From Lama guanicoe (lineage: Eukaryota): a stretch of 64,000 nucleotides of DNA. Shown here piece after piece: positions 37,318 through 51,012 of this stretch; the first letter of the stretch is position 1; each line of letters opens with the position of its first letter. The DNA is taken from the NCBI GenBank assembly GCA_013239625.1, contig MU053881.1, positions 14,748,373 through 14,812,372 on the forward strand, in the 5' to 3' direction. The notes under the pieces are model-generated. The model was not told the DNA's origin and made no database searches. It saw nothing but the letters and a program-made list of their open reading frames with translations. The translations under genes and the position numbers were made by a program.

Positions 37318-39590
37318 ATGAAAACCATTGGTGAAAAAAGATAAGCTTGAAGCAGCAATTACTCTTATAACGCCACCTCTGTCCTGGATCTGCCCTGGAA
37401 CCAGTGCCCAAGTAGGTTTGGTGTGTACGTGGAAAACAAACTACAGTTTCTGGTGCAGAGGGTCCACCTGCTGGCTTTTCTTTTTCTTAAAAAAAGAGAA
37501 TGCACCATTTTCAGTCTGCTTTGGCCTTTTCCCCCTCTTCCAAATGCTTCTGGCAGCAGGTCCTCTCCAAGTCTTCCCTGGTTCCTCTCAGAAGGTGGGG
37601 CTGCCCTTGAAAGCACCAGTGCCTTTTAAGTGCTCAGGAGCTCCTGTCGGTTTTCCTGTCCCAGGACACGTTGCTCTCTAAAAGTGATCTGTTAGCAAAC
37701 TTGATGCTGAAACAGACAATCACAGATCATATCTTCTCAAATTTAAATAGGGAACGTAAATCAGTAATAATGAAGTCCATGCTCTGGTCCCACAGCCTGT
37801 CAGTTGGAGTGCTAGAGCCCTTTGAACAAGTGGAGATACTTGATTCAATGAACGTGTTATTTATGGAGTCTCATCTCTTAAATGCATCCCAAGAGACTTA
37901 ATGAAATTTCAGCAACGTATTCAGCAGCTATATTCAGTGGGGAGTAATCATTACACTGATGAAACTTTCCCCAAATTTACATGTCTCTTTAGAATCCTCA
38001 AAGGAAACTCGTTTTTCTTTTTTTTTCCCTAAACCACATATGGAGTCTCCTACAAAGGGGTGGGAGGTGTAAACTCTTCAAGACACTTCATTTTTTGCAT
38101 ATGTGGCAGTGTAAAGAGTTGTTTTATTAGGGCCTTTGTACAGAGCAGAAAGGATCCTCTTGGGGTGGGCTCTGCAGCTGTTTGCTATTTGAAGGCATAC
38201 GATGGCCGCCCCTTCCAGCTTCCCGCACTCTGCTTCTTGCAGCTACATGCGAAATTCTCAGGCTGTGGGAATCTCTCAACCCTTCCTCATAAAACAGCAG
38301 TGTTGAAGTTTTAAATATGTGCCAAAATCTGGAAAACTTGGGATCCTGCTGATACTGCAAGCTTGGGGAACACAGCAGTGAGTTACCCTGTTGGCCACTT
38401 CTATTGGCTGTTAAGAAATCCTTGCTTTCTCAAAGCCGCAGATCTCCTGGGCTGAAGTCCCAGGCTCCTCTGGTTCTGTCTTGTCTGTCTGGCCTGCGCT
38501 CATCGGCACAGTGTCACAGGCCTGTCAGCATCTCATGTGCCCACCTGATGCTGCCTTTCTTCATGTCAGGTGTAGTCCCTAGGGTTCTGCTTGTTTCTGG
38601 TCACTTTTGTTGCTTTGGCAACTGGCAGATCTTAATGGCCAACAACACGCTGGAGGTGCCTTAGCAGAATTGAAACAGCCGGCAGGCATGGTGTGGTTTT
38701 GAGGTTCATTTTTTCCTCTCTGCTAATCCTTCCTGTAGCCTTCCATGTTGGCTGTGGGTCAGTGGTAGAACCTTCAGAACAGGGCCTTGGTCCCCTGTGG
38801 CCTTTCACAGAGCACTTGTTGGCCCTAAGTGATGCATGCACCCTGCTCAGCATGGGTTCTGGCCCTTTCAAGCATAGCTCTGACTATCATATTCCCTTTG
38901 TCTTAGTGGGCTTATTCTTGGCTTTCTCTGCTTTTATTTACAAGTAAAATACTTTAGGAATTCCCAGAGTTTGAGCCCTGTTCCCACAGCCTCCAGCCAC
39001 TCCTCCTCCTGGGGATGTCTTGCTTTGAGCTGACACTGTGAGCCTTTGGCAGATGTCAAAGGGAATACATACTTCTTGAGCCTGGAAAGTCCTGTGAGCA
39101 CTCAGGTGATGCTTCTATGGAGTTGACTTTGAGGCAGTGCAGGCATTGCGGGAGCCGGGGTGGAGCGTGGTGGTGCATCCTCAGGGAGACCAGTGCGCTG
39201 GCTCTCCGCACCTGCCCTCGCTCTCTCCAGCAGAGGCCGCTCTGCAGGGAGCGGGTGTGCAAGCGAGCGCGATGTGCAGTTGCATAGCCTTGTCAAAGTC
39301 ACAGTGTCTTTTCTGTCATTCTAGTTCCAGGGTCTCTTCCATGAGGACGACAGGCATCCGGAAAGTGTTAACTCGCCACTTTGGGTGCTTACTGTCTCTG
39401 CCTTGTTTCCATCACTGGAAATCATATATAGAGAATTTTAGCATTTTTGGTCCTTGGTAAAACCTAGAAGATGTTTGTGATGTTACAAAGTGGAAGTTTT
39501 TTTCTTTCTTTTTTTTAATCTGAGAAGTTGTGAATGTTGTTAATCATTTAGCAGTTGAAATAAATGTAGAGGAAACCCAATTTTCCATGG
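37318..39590 (+). other. SUGP2: SUGP2 terminal 3' UTR exon (probable)
   Basis: Acceptor ctctccctaaatag| at 37317, largely repeat-free sequence, and AATAAA at 39559. Confidence 0.65.
39559..39564 (+). terminator. Polyadenylation signal AATAAA
   Basis: Upstream T-rich run and downstream GT/T-rich element (tgtgttttt at about 39601). Confidence 0.6.
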
Positions 39591-41631
39591 CCTCCATTGA
39601 TGTGTTTTTAAATTAGACTGGTTGGGGAATGCATGGTAGGTGTTGTAGTGCCCACGTGGAACACGACCGTAAACCCTGTGGCCTCCCAGGCACGCCTTCT
39701 GCCTGCCAGGGCCTCTCCGACTGGCCTGCCACAGCTGGAGGGCCTGGTAGGTCACCGGGAAAGCCCAGAAGGTGCCAGAGACTGGGTAGTGATCAGGGCC
39801 AAGCACAGTGGGTGGGTGCACCCTGTTCTGTGGGGAGGAGAGTTTATTGCTGGGTACAGAAATCTGCCTTTGAGAGGGTATTGGGACGTAGGAGCCTTAC
39901 CTGAGCCACCTGTGATTCACCTGCCCACCTCAAGACCTTACTGATCTGAAGGTCAGGGTTCCAGCTGCCAGAGTTAGACCAAGGCCCACTTGGGCTTCCC
40001 CCTGACGGAATAAGCAGTGCATGGGATGTCTTCAAAGCTCTGTGCTATCCCCAGTGCTGCCCTGCCTGTGTCTGATTCCTCCATCAGCAGCTCCTTGACC
40101 TTCCTTAGGAGGAGGGAGGGTAAAGAGCACGCAGCTGGGCAAGCCTGGCACCTACAGGACCTGTGGGGCCTCCGCCTGAGCACGGCATGATGGGCAGGAG
40201 CCCAGAGTGTGGTTGCACCCAGGGCAGAAAGGAGCCCAGGAGAGGTTTTGGGGGCTTTGTCAGGTTAGAGGAGGGCCCCTTAGGAATCTGATGTAGGACC
40301 CCTGAACCTGCCTTCTCCCCACTGTGTCCCAGAGGACACGCAGAGGAGTGACAGGGACCCACATGACCATGATGGGAGCTATTGTCAGCCAAGATCCTCC
40401 CACACATTTGCCTTCATCTTCATGAGAGCCCTGGACATGGGTGTCTGACCGTGGGCTTTACTGCCAGTCCCTGAGAAAGTCACTCATAACCTACAGGGAC
40501 CAACCCCATTCCCCCCCCTCTTGGGAGACCACAGGTGATGTGAACAGCAGCAGGGAATAGCTTCCAGCAGCCCCCCTGCCCACCTCCTCTTCACTCCTGC
40601 GTGGGGTTGGGAAAGGTCACTTAGATGAGGACACGTGGAGTGGGGTTCTCCAGCCTGGGATACCATTCAGGCTTTGACCTCAAGCAGGTCTCTCCACCTC
40701 AGGCCTCAGTTTCCCCTCGCAGTCTGGGAAGAATATCTTCCAGTTTGGAAGGTAAATTTCTGCTCCCTTGTCATTTATGGCTACCTGCAACCTGAACATG
40801 CCAGTCTCAACCTGGAGGGCCCCTCCCCTCATCTTTCCCCTTCACCCCCCCCGCCGCAGAAGCCTTCTGGACACCCCAGGACCCTGAGAGGCAGAGGGTG
40901 CTGCCTGAGCAGCTGCAAGCTCCAGTATTAAAGCAGGCCTTTGCTATGCCTGCCTGCACACGGACGTATGTGACCTGTGCACATGTAACACATGCAAACA
41001 TGCACGTTCAAGCAACACAAGTATCTTTTCTCCGTAAAAGATTTTTTTACTGCAAAACTCAGATGCAGAACAAAGCACAGAAGTTTTCCCTCCTTCCCAC
41101 TCCTATGTAAAAATAACATAAAAAATAAAGACCTCATAGCCTGTAATCCAGGCTATAGACTGTGACAGATCTTCAATAATCAGTGGCCTCTCTGGACTCT
41201 AATCCTCACATCTAGCAGAAGCTGGCCCATTTCCCAGTGGAGAAACTGAGGCCTGGGACAGTCTGACTCCAGACTCACACTAAATGCCAGGATTTCCAGT
41301 TGGTCTCATCTGGTTTGGAAGCTCCCTGTTTACACATGTGTGCATGTACACACAAAGACATGCATGTGCAGACTCAAAAGACCCATGCATATATACACAG
41401 ACACACCTGCGCACACATACATACATACATACATGCCATTTCTATTTCACAGTCAGGAATTGCAGCTCCAAGATGAATCTGGCACCAGCTGCTTCCTTCA
41501 AGACCCAGGAGGGGGACCTCACGAGCTGAGCTTCTCTTGATTTTCCTCCAGAGGTTGTGCAATTTGGACTCATGGGATCGCCACCTCCCAGTTCCTCAAG
41601 TTCTTGGTCCAGGTCTGAGAAACGAGGTTTC

Positions 41632-41759
41632 AGCTGCGAGATTTCAGTGTCCACATCTCGATGAGTTGCTTTTGCCCAGAGATAGCTCAGAGCAAAGCTG
41701 CGAGATTTCAGTGTCCACATCTTGATGAGTTGCTTTTGCCCAGAGGTAGCTCAGAGCAA
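41632..41759 (+). repeat. 64-bp x2 tandem duplication
   Basis: Units start at 41632 and 41696 and differ at two positions. Confidence 0.95.
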
Positions 41760-42349
41760 AGCAGAACCCAAGGGTCTGAATCTTCGGTCCTAACATGTCC
41801 TCCCTGTGCTGTGTGACCTGGAACGAGTGATCCACATTTCCGAGCCTTAGTTGCTTCATTTATAGAATGGGACAACGGCAGTATCTAGTGCCAGGCTTCT
41901 GAGAGTCAGCACCAACATGCTGCGAAGATCACAAATGTTCACTGTACTGTTTCCGTCATTCTGTGTCACTGGGATCCTATCATTGAGGCTTTCTGTTGGC
42001 CTGTTCTTTCTAAAAATAAAGTTTCCAAGTACTTGCCTGAACCCTATGATGTGATGGAAGGGCCACAATGGGTTATCTTGGAAAATTCACTTCACGCCGT
42101 AGAACATCAGTTTCCTCATTTGTAGAATACGGATATTACCCCATCCCGGATCATCAGCTGAAAAGAGTGTGTGCGAGCAAAGGATTTGGAGGAGATCGAT
42201 GCAGGCAGCCGATAATTACCTAAGAAGCATCCTCTCGCTGACCACAAGCCCAGGTAAATGTTAGAATTGCTCGTACCCAGTGCTTGCCTGTGTTGGTGGG
42301 AACAGCACTTTCCTCCTTGCTGGCTTCCATGAGGATCACTGCAATTGTC

Positions 42350-43095
42350 TTGTTTCTTATTGATGTAAAATTCGCATAACGTAAAACTTACCATTTTAAA
42401 GTGAACAATTCAGTGACATGTAATACATTCAGTGTTGTGCAAGCACCATCTCTGTCTGGTTCCAGAACATTCCCATCACCCCAAAAGGAAACCTCATGCC
42501 CATTAGAGTAGTTTTTCCCCATTTCCCTTCCTCGGCCCCTAGGAATCTCTAATCTGCTTTCTGTCTCTGGATTTGCCTGTTCTGGACATTTCATAGAAAT
42601 TGATCATATACTATGCAGCCTTTTGTGTCTGGCTTCTTTCACTCAGCATGATATTTTCAGGGTCCATTCATATTGTAGTGTGTATCAGTGCTTCATTCCT
42701 TTTAATGGCTGAGTAATAGTCTATTGTACAGCTGGACCATATTTTTAAAAAATCTTTATTTATTTCCCACTAACAGAGGCACTGGGATTGAACCCAGGAT
42801 CTCATGCATGTCAAGCATGCACTCTACCACTGAGCTATATACCCCCTACCCCACCCCTGGCTGGACCATGTTTTGTTCATCCATTCATCTGTTGATGGAC
42901 ATTTGATTGTTTCTGCCTTTTGGCAATTGTGAATAGTGCTGCTCAGAACACTCATGTACAAGTTTTGGTTTGAACACCTGTTTTCAATTCTTTTGGGTCT
43001 ATACCTAAGAGTAGAATTACTGGATCATATAGCAACTCTCTATTAAATCTTGTTAGGAACTGCCAAGCTGTTTTCCAGGGCGTTGCACCACACTC
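42350..43095 (-). mobile_element. L1M 3' end interrupted by a Vic-1-like SINE (about 42742-42850)
   Basis: L1M motifs; the SINE is flanked by a gctggaccat duplication. Confidence 0.8.
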
Positions 43096-44169
43096 CAGTG
43101 TCTTTAAAAGCCCTGATCCTCTCCTTCATGGGGTAAACCCACTGAGGTCAACCCAGGGCATGACTCTCGATGTCCACAGATGTGAGTCAGAATCCTGGGA
43201 ACAAAACAAATAGAGGGAAGGTAGGAAGATGTTAAGGAAACTTTGGATGTGAAATATGATGAACCTTTTCACAAAGGAGTTCGATCCCAGAAGACAAAAT
43301 CCAAAGCGCGATGTGATTTTTGTGGAATCCGAAAGGATAAAATTGCAAAAGTGTGATGTGATTTTTGTAGAAATTTTGTAAAATGTAAGCAGATAACCCA
43401 TGTACAGAGAAGGGTCTGCTCCAAACTGAGTATCTGGGAAAGTGGTGGGAGTTGGGCGGAAGCTCTTCCCTCCCTGTCCCCAGCCATGTGCCCGGGCACA
43501 CCGAGAGTGCACACCCGTGCAGTTTGAAAAGAAAACTCATCGAAGAACATTCAAAGGAAGTAACAAATGACGAAGCATGTGCTGGCAGCAATCGTCGGTC
43601 TTTGTTTCAGAGGCAGCTGTGGTCTTAGGAGAAAAAAGCACCAGGTGTGAATCTAGACAGTCTCTTCCTGTGTCAAATGGGTGATTAAACATTGCTTCCT
43701 CCAGGATTGCTGTTCGTAGGCTGCCATGAAAATCCCTCCAGCATCTCTCTGACAGTCTCTCAGTAGCCTCTGTCCATCTACTTGTTGGTTCACTCACTCA
43801 CTCACTCATTCATTCACTACATATTTGATAAACACCTAACTGCTCCTTCTTCGCAGTGAAATTACAAACTGCAGTCAGTGGTTTGAAGGAAACATCCAAG
43901 GCACAAATAAAGGGCCATATGGTCTGGTCTGTGAGATAATATTTTGCTAGAGACCTGAAGGATGAAGAGCATGCCAGGCAGAGGGAGTGGCATGTGCAAA
44001 GGCACCGAGGTACAAATGATCTCAGCTGCAGGACGAGGAGGGAGAGGAAGAGAGGAGAAAGCAATGAGGGTTAGGGTTTCTGGAGTGGGCGACAGCACAG
44101 ATTTTATCCCAAGGCAGTAGGCAACCATGGGAGGCTTCATAGCACAGCAGGTGCATAGCCCTATTTATA

Positions 44170-44712
44170 CTTTTTTTTTTATTGTGGTAAAAGTTACATG
44201 AGGTAGAAGTTACCATTTTAAAGTGTTTAATTCCATGGCATTTAGTGTTGGACAACCATCACCTCTATGTAGTGCCAGAACATTTTCATCATCCCAAAAG
44301 GAAACCCCATACCCATCAGCAATCGCTTCCCATTCCCCATCCTTCAGCCCCTGGCAGCCACCAGTCTGCTTTCTGTCTCTCTGGATTTGCTAGTCCTGGA
44401 CATTTCATATAAATGGGATCATACAACATGTGACCTTTTATATCTGACTTCTCCAATGGATATATTTTTTGAATTGAAGTATAGTCAGTTACAATGTGTC
44501 AATTTCTGGTGTACAAAATAATGTCCCAGTCATACATATATATATATTAGTTTTTATATTCTTTTTCATTAAAAGTTATTATAAGATATCGAACACAGTT
44601 CCATGTGCTATACAGAAGAAATTTTAAAAATCTATTTTTATAGTTAGTAGTTAATATCTGCAAATCTTGAACTCCCAAACTTATCTCTTCCCACTCCCTT
44701 TTCCCCAGTAAC
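44170..44712 (-). mobile_element. Old L1M 3' end followed by a younger L1 3' end (44465-44712)
   Basis: L1 motifs; ctccaatg flanks the younger insert. Confidence 0.75.
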
Positions 44713-45565
44713 CTCCAATGTATACTTTTAAAAGAGCAACTTGGAAGGGCAGGAAGGGCAGTAAGCACTGTGTTACTCTATCCACACCCCTCCATCCTTC
44801 TCTCTGTGTGATTGCCCTGGGCTGCTGGAACACCCTTTGCCTGCATGCCTACCAGAGGGCCAGAAGTGCCTTGAGTTGACATCCCTCAAGGCAGCCCTGA
44901 CCAATGGCATAAGGCATTTCCAGATCTCCCAGCAGGACAGAGCCAAAGCTGCCCTCCAGGCACTCTGCTGGATGCAAACCCTTACTTGTTCTCCCCCCAA
45001 CCTCTCTCTCCACCTGCTTCACATCTTGTCTCCCTGTCCTCATGGAATTTTCTTTAAAAATTACTGGCCACAAATCTTTGTCTCAGGCTCTGCTCCAGGG
45101 GCCAGCCACCGATACAAGAGGCCAGGGCCGAGGGTATCATGTCCTCCATGCCAATGTGCACACCCCTCCTGCCCGGAAGTGGGCCAAGAGACACAGAGCC
45201 AAAGACCCAGTGTGCTGGACAGTTGTTTGGCAAAACAACCTTATGGCTTCACCAGGAAGGATTTTTCAAGCAGTTCCATCAGTGCATTGATGCTACTGTT
45301 TCACTGAGCCTCAGGCCATGACCTGAAACAGGGTTGCAGACAATGTGACTGGGGGAAGTCACTTCTGAGGAATCCAAAGCCAGCCTGCCCCTTCTGGGAA
45401 TGACTCGTCTCTCCCACTGCCCACCATGGAACCTCTGACTCCAGTGCCCAGCCTAAGACGTCTACTCTCTCCCTCCTTATGGCCTTCAGTGTTCTTGGTG
45501 GATTGTTGCAGAGGGCAGGGATAGCCAAGCTCAACTGAATCCCTCAAAAAAACCTTCCCATAATC

Positions 45566-45715
45566 GGGGAGGGAATAGCTCAGCAGTAGAGTGCATGCCT
45601 AGCATGCATGAGGTCCTGGGTTTGATCTCCAGTACCTCCATTAAAAAATAAATGAATAAAGCTAATTACTACCCCACTACCACCACCAACAACAAAATAA
45701 AAATAATAATAATAA
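45566..45715 (+). mobile_element. Vic-1-like SINE
   Basis: GGGAGGGAATAGCTCAGCAGTAGAGTGCATGCCTAGCATGCATGAGGTCCTGGGTTTGATCTCCAGTACCTCC plus an A-rich tail; ttcccata flanks. Confidence 0.85.
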
Positions 45716-46991
45716 CATTCCCATATCTGAGTCAGGAGGAGCCCACGATGAACAGGATGTCCTGAGTAACATTAGTTGTTTTTGTAACACCAGACACAGC
45801 ACAGGGCACTCACCAGGCATTCTTTTTTCAACCTAGAGAAGCACAATCCATTTTACAGATGAGGAAACTGAGGCCCAGAGAGGTTGTTTAACAATCCATA
45901 TCACACTACTAATAAGGACCATATCCATCAGAACTCTTTTGACCATATAAGGCCAAAAGGGAACTGATTGATTAATGAGATTGAAAATGATAGCTTCAGG
46001 TTAAGCAACACTGAGCTGACAGGTATCCACTTGAGCAATATGAAGGAGCTCTGTGATCTGATATCTATAGCAGAAGCACCAAGATTGCATTTTACTGACC
46101 CAGCCGGAGGGCATACGCCTCTCTCCAAACCAATCACAGTGCCACTGCTTGGCAAGGCCTGGGAGGCTTCACTGAGAAGGGCGAGGATCAGCCCTATACA
46201 CACAAGATGCTGTTCCCAGAAGCAGGAGGAAGGTAGCCCACAGGTGGGCAGAGCCAGGGTCGAAACCCAAGCCTTCTTCCTGAGCTGTACCAATCTCAGC
46301 TGCTTTTGACCAAGCACATTCACCCCTTCAGGTGCTTCCCACTTCAAAATCACCATCAATCAGGCCTGAGGAGGACCCCTAGGGCCCCTCACCACCGAAT
46401 CCCAATGCCCGATCTCTCCCCTTCTCTGGGCCTCAGTTTCCTCCTCTGTAAAATGGGCCATAGGGAGGAAGTGTATTGCACTCTGTGAAACATCAAAGGT
46501 CACACTGGGTTTATAGAAAGTGAGATCCACGTTAAGAGTGCAAGGAAAGGATTTTTTTGTGGGATGATGGGGTCCACATTGGGAGAGATATCAGGCTCAA
46601 GGGTCAAGACCCAGCAGGGACCATGTCAGGTGCTTGGGAGCAGCTGGGGGCACAGCAGAGGCAGATCACATGGCTGCTAGCCCAGCACTAGGAGGCCAGC
46701 CTCTGAAGGCTGCATTCATCTTCCCAGGAAAGTCACAATTCTCTCCTTCCCCTCAGCCCCTCCCCAGCCTCCTCCTCCGCCCTAGTTTCTTGTTTACCCA
46801 TTCAGGGCCACAATTTATTTTTGGATGAGAATGCTGGTCCTCCTCATTCTCGTGGCCACCCGCCAGATCCATGCGCTGGCCACACTGGGAGACGGGAGGC
46901 CAGAGAGAATCCAGCCTAGGTGAGAGAAGGCAGGTCCTAGGGAGAGGGTCTCATTCAGGCCTGGCCCTTGATCTTTTGTTTATCCTCATAG

Positions 46992-47122
46992 ACAGCAACA
47001 AAGAGAGCTGGGGCCAAATTTACCAATTCCTCCACATTCCTGATGAATGAAGAGACTGACATGCCATTTACAGCACTGTGTTGACAATGGACATGAACAA
47101 TGTCACTCAGAAATTGACCTGG
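46992..47122 (+). pseudogene. Class-4 semaphorin relic, exon encoding the start of the Sema domain
   Basis: tcatag| ...IY/NSSTFLMNEETDMPFT/VLTMDMNNVTQKLTW |GTGAGA with two frameshifts. Aligns to SEMA4D IYNYSALLLSEDKDTLYI..VFAVNALNISEKQHE|. Confidence 0.65.
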
Positions 47123-47686
47123 GTGAGATAAGTATGGTTCAAGGTGGCTTGTAAAGTCTCTGAATATAAACACTCTTTCAGTTCATGCAGACAAATAAGG
47201 ATGTACTCATTTTCATTTTTAAAATAATGTTTACTTTATTCTGTTTTTTAGAGTTTATAAAGTTGAATTCACCCTCAGCCCCCAACTTCAACTTGGCAAA
47301 CTCCTATTCAGCCTTCAAAACCCAACACACATACTCCTTCCTTCATCCCTCATATGTCCACACAAGTGCTACATCTTTCCTCTCTCTGTGCTGTTAAGAG
47401 AAGGCTCCTCCATTACTATGGTCATCTGTTTATGACTGTCTCCATCTCTGGGCTCTGTTCTGGCACCCAGCTCAGTGACTGGCATATAGTGGGTATTCAG
47501 TAAATGTAGAGCTTTGGGGGACATTTAAAAAAAAACCAGCTTTATGGAGATATAATTCACATATCATTCAATTAGCCCGTTTAAAGGATATAGTTCAATG
47601 GTTTTTAGAATATTCACAAAAAGGTACAACCATCACAACAGTCAATTTTAGAACGCTATCACCACCCCCAAAATAAACCCTGTGCC

Positions 47687-48428
47687 ATGTGGAGAAAAAG
47701 AAATCCGCCTACATTGTTGGTGGGAATGTAGTTTTGTGCAGCCACTATGGAAAACAGTATGGAGATTCCTTAAAAAACTAAAAATAGACTTACCATATGA
47801 TCCAGCAGTACCACTCTTGGACATATATCTGGAGAAACCTCTAATTCAAGAAGATCCATGCACTCCAATGTTCATAGCAGCACTATTTACAATAGCCAAC
47901 ACATGGAAACAACCTAAATGTCCATCAACAGATGATTGGATAAAGAAGATGAGGTAGATACACCCAATGGAATACTTCTCAGCCATAAAAAAGAATGAAA
48001 TAATGCCATTTGCAGCAACATGGATGGATCTAGAGATTATCATACTCAGTGAAGTAAGTCAGACAAAGGCAAGTATCACATGATATTACTTATATATGGA
48101 ATCTAAAAAATGATACAAATGAACTTATTGACCAACAGACTCACAGACATAGAAAAAAAATTTATAGTTACAAAAGGGAGGGAGGGATAAATTTAGGAGT
48201 TTGGATTAGCAGACACAAACTACTGTATGTAAAATAGATAAACAACAAGGTCTTACTGTATAGCACATGGAACCATAATCAACATCTTATAATAACTTAT
48301 AATGGAAAAGAATATGAAAAAGAATAATTATATGTGTGTAACTGAATCACTTTGCTATACACCAGAAACTAACACAACATTGTGAATCAACTATACTTCA
48401 ATTAAAAAATAAAATAATGAATAATTAT
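47687..48428 (+). mobile_element. 5'-truncated L1 inserted into an older minus-strand L1M (about 47535-48830)
   Basis: ORF2 C-terminal motif. 15-bp target-site duplication aataaaccctgtgcc at 47672 and 48429. Confidence 0.92.
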
Positions 48429-49496
48429 AATAAACCCTGTGCCCCTTTTAGTCACTGCCACTCCTCCTACCTGCACCCCTGGCAAACACTAATCTATATT
48501 CTTCCTCTATGGATTTGTTTGTTATAGCAAATTCATGTAAATAAGATCATATAAATAGGATCATACTACATATAGTATTTTGTGTCTGGTTTCTCTCATT
48601 AACTATCTCTTCAAATTTCATCCACATTTTAGTGTGTATCAACGCTGCATTCTTTTTGGTGGCTGAATAGTATTCCATTGGGTGGATGGACCACATTATG
48701 TTCATCCATTCATCCATTGGTGGACACTTGGGTTGTTTCCACCTTTTGGCTGCTGTGTACAGTGCTGCTGTGAACACATACGTCCAAGAGTTTGTGTGGA
48801 CATGTTTTTATTTCTCTTGGGTACATCCTGAGGACTGACTATAAATGTCTAATAGTTATACTAAACTCTGTTAAAGTCAAATAGTCATCTGGGTTGGGTA
48901 GATGAACACTACAGACTTGGAAATCAGGAATCTGCCCCGACTGGCTCATCTGTGATGGGGACTGCAGAGGCTTCTAAGATACTTCAGAGCACCTCATAGA
49001 GGCCTGAGGGCACCATGAGTAGAAAGTGCCCTTTGTTGTCAGCTGTCACCTCCCCACTTCTGGGTCTCTCCAAAATGAAATTTTTGCTCTTTGAGGCCAA
49101 CTGTTCCACCTCTCAGGGCTTTTGGGGCCAAGGACGGCCCTGTCCTTGGAGCGGGCAACACCCAGATCTGTGACCCCGGTCAGCCTTTGGGGCTTTGGGG
49201 GAGCTGATCGCATGGCACCCTGCCCTGGGTTTATTTTGGTCAAGCGTTGTGGGCTAGGTCAGCATGCTGAGGGTCAGCATGCTGGGTCTGCCCAGGACCA
49301 TGAAATCTGAGGCCTTGAATGCATGTCCTTGGCCTGCAGGGGTCTTGGGTGGCATCCAAGGCCAAGAGCCTGGCCTGTGTCTAGCCGGGGTAGGCCAAGG
49401 TAGGCTGAACTCCTGCCTCTGGACATTCTTTGTTAAGGAAATGCCATCTCTGAAAAGCAAGCCTCGCCTCCACCCACTGCCAGGCCTCTGGGTACC

Positions 49497-49897
49497 TGTA
49501 TCAGTCAGGGCTTTCCAGAGAAATGTAATCAACTTGATGTATGTATATTATATATATGGACAGATTTGTTTTAAGGAATTTGTTCATGTGATTGTGCAGG
49601 TTAGTAAATCTGAAATCTGTGTCCAGCAGGATGGAAACTCAGGGGGTTTCCTATGTTGTAATCTTGAGGAGAATTCTTTTTTTTTCCTCAGGAAATTCAA
49701 TTCTTGCTCTTAAGGCCCTCGACTGATTAGGTAAGGCCCACCCAGAGTCTCAAGGATAACTTCCTTTCCTGAAGGTTAACTGACTGGGGATGTTAACTGC
49801 ATCTAGAAAATACTTTCACAGCAACATATAGACAGTGTTTGACCAAACAACTGGGCACCATTGTCTGGCTAAGTTCATACATAAATTTTAACTATCA
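49497..49897. mobile_element. MLT2-type (ERVL) LTR fossil
   Basis: tgtatcagtcagggctttccagagaaa start, aatactttcacagcaaca, and a taaatt..aactatca end. Confidence 0.75.
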
Positions 49898-50429
49898 GTG
49901 TGCTTCCATGTCCCCTCCCCACTACAAACCACCCATGAAAATGCCACGTCCTATGAGAAGACTTCCATGATGTTCCCCAGCCCAAAGGAGAGTACAAAGA
50001 GGCATGTTGACCAGCTGCATCTGGATGGAGGAAATCAGAAGTGGAGCAAGGAAGGCAGGCATGTGGGGTATCTGTGGGAAGGCAGTGGAGATGTCAGCCA
50101 GGGCAAGAACGCCAAGGCCAGACAAGGATCTTGATTTTGCCACAGGGCCATAGGGAGCCAAAGTAGGTGTTACAGCAGGAGAAGAGTATGGTTAGATAAA
50201 TCAACCACTGAAAAACTTGTCACTGATTATTATAGGTTTCTCAGCACTCCCAGGTAGCGGGGAGCTGGGGTCAGACAGGAAATGTCAAGGCCTGGGCCAA
50301 GGACTGTGGGGTTAAGGGTGGGGCCAATTTAAGAGGTTTCAGGTACATCAGCCTGTGATGCATCAGTTTGAGTTGCTAAACCATCATGCTGAGCTCTGAC
50401 CATGGGTTCAGGCCTCAGCTCTCCTTCAG

Positions 50430-50529
50430 GAGCCATACCAGAAACTACCTCCTTGTGCTGCACAAGGTCAATGACCTGCCCCTGAATGTCTGTGGCACCA
50501 ATGCCTCCCACCTGCTGTGGGACAACTGG
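50430..50529 (+). pseudogene. Class-4 semaphorin relic, NY..VL/VCGTNA exon
   Basis: ccttcag|, then 50440-50529 reads RNYLLVLHKVNDLPLNVCGTNASHLLWDNW. Ungapped match to SEMA4D [30 protein letters not shown]. The donor has decayed. Confidence 0.85.
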
Positions 50530-51012
50530 GGAGCTGTTGTGTAGAGATGGCTGCCTCCTATCTCTGCTCCCAATGAAAAGACCACCCCCTTCTCCTGGCA
50601 GACAGCCTGGCAGGGAAAACGGGCTCCATCTTGCAATTCCCCAAATACAGAAAGCTTCTTACTACCCCAGGGCCTTTGCACTGGTGGTTTCCTCTGAAAT
50701 GCTTTTCCCATCATTTTCCCCATGGCAAGTTTCTCCCCATCCCCCAGGCTCAGCTTAATCTTCACCTCTCCCAGGAAGCTGTCTCCACAATTGTCATTCG
50801 CTATGACATCATTTATTTTACCTCCCAGGATCTGAAACAATTTTATTTTCTTTTATGCTTCCCTTTCTGTAGTGTGGAGGCCATGAAGGCAGGATTTTTT
50901 CTGCCATGACCACTACCACATCCATAAATTCTACATCAATGACTCTCAGTAACCATTTGTTGAGTGAGTAAATAAAGACCTGCAGCCCCTTCCTAACATT
51001 CTCATACACTTT

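Noticed and set aside
43298..43375. Two gatgtgatttttgt.gaa units about 45 bp apart
   Set aside because: Short diverged local duplication with only two units; not an array, and CRISPR does not apply to this mammalian DNA.
45566..45640. tRNA-Ala-like sequence (also at seven other sites)
   Set aside because: Degenerate stems, A-rich tails and target-site duplications mark these as SINE heads, not tRNA genes.
50343..50405. 63-nt AG/GT-bounded segment, the size of the SEMA4 'W....C..KGK' exon
   Set aside because: The translation lacks W, C and KGK, and the following intron would be only 24 nt.
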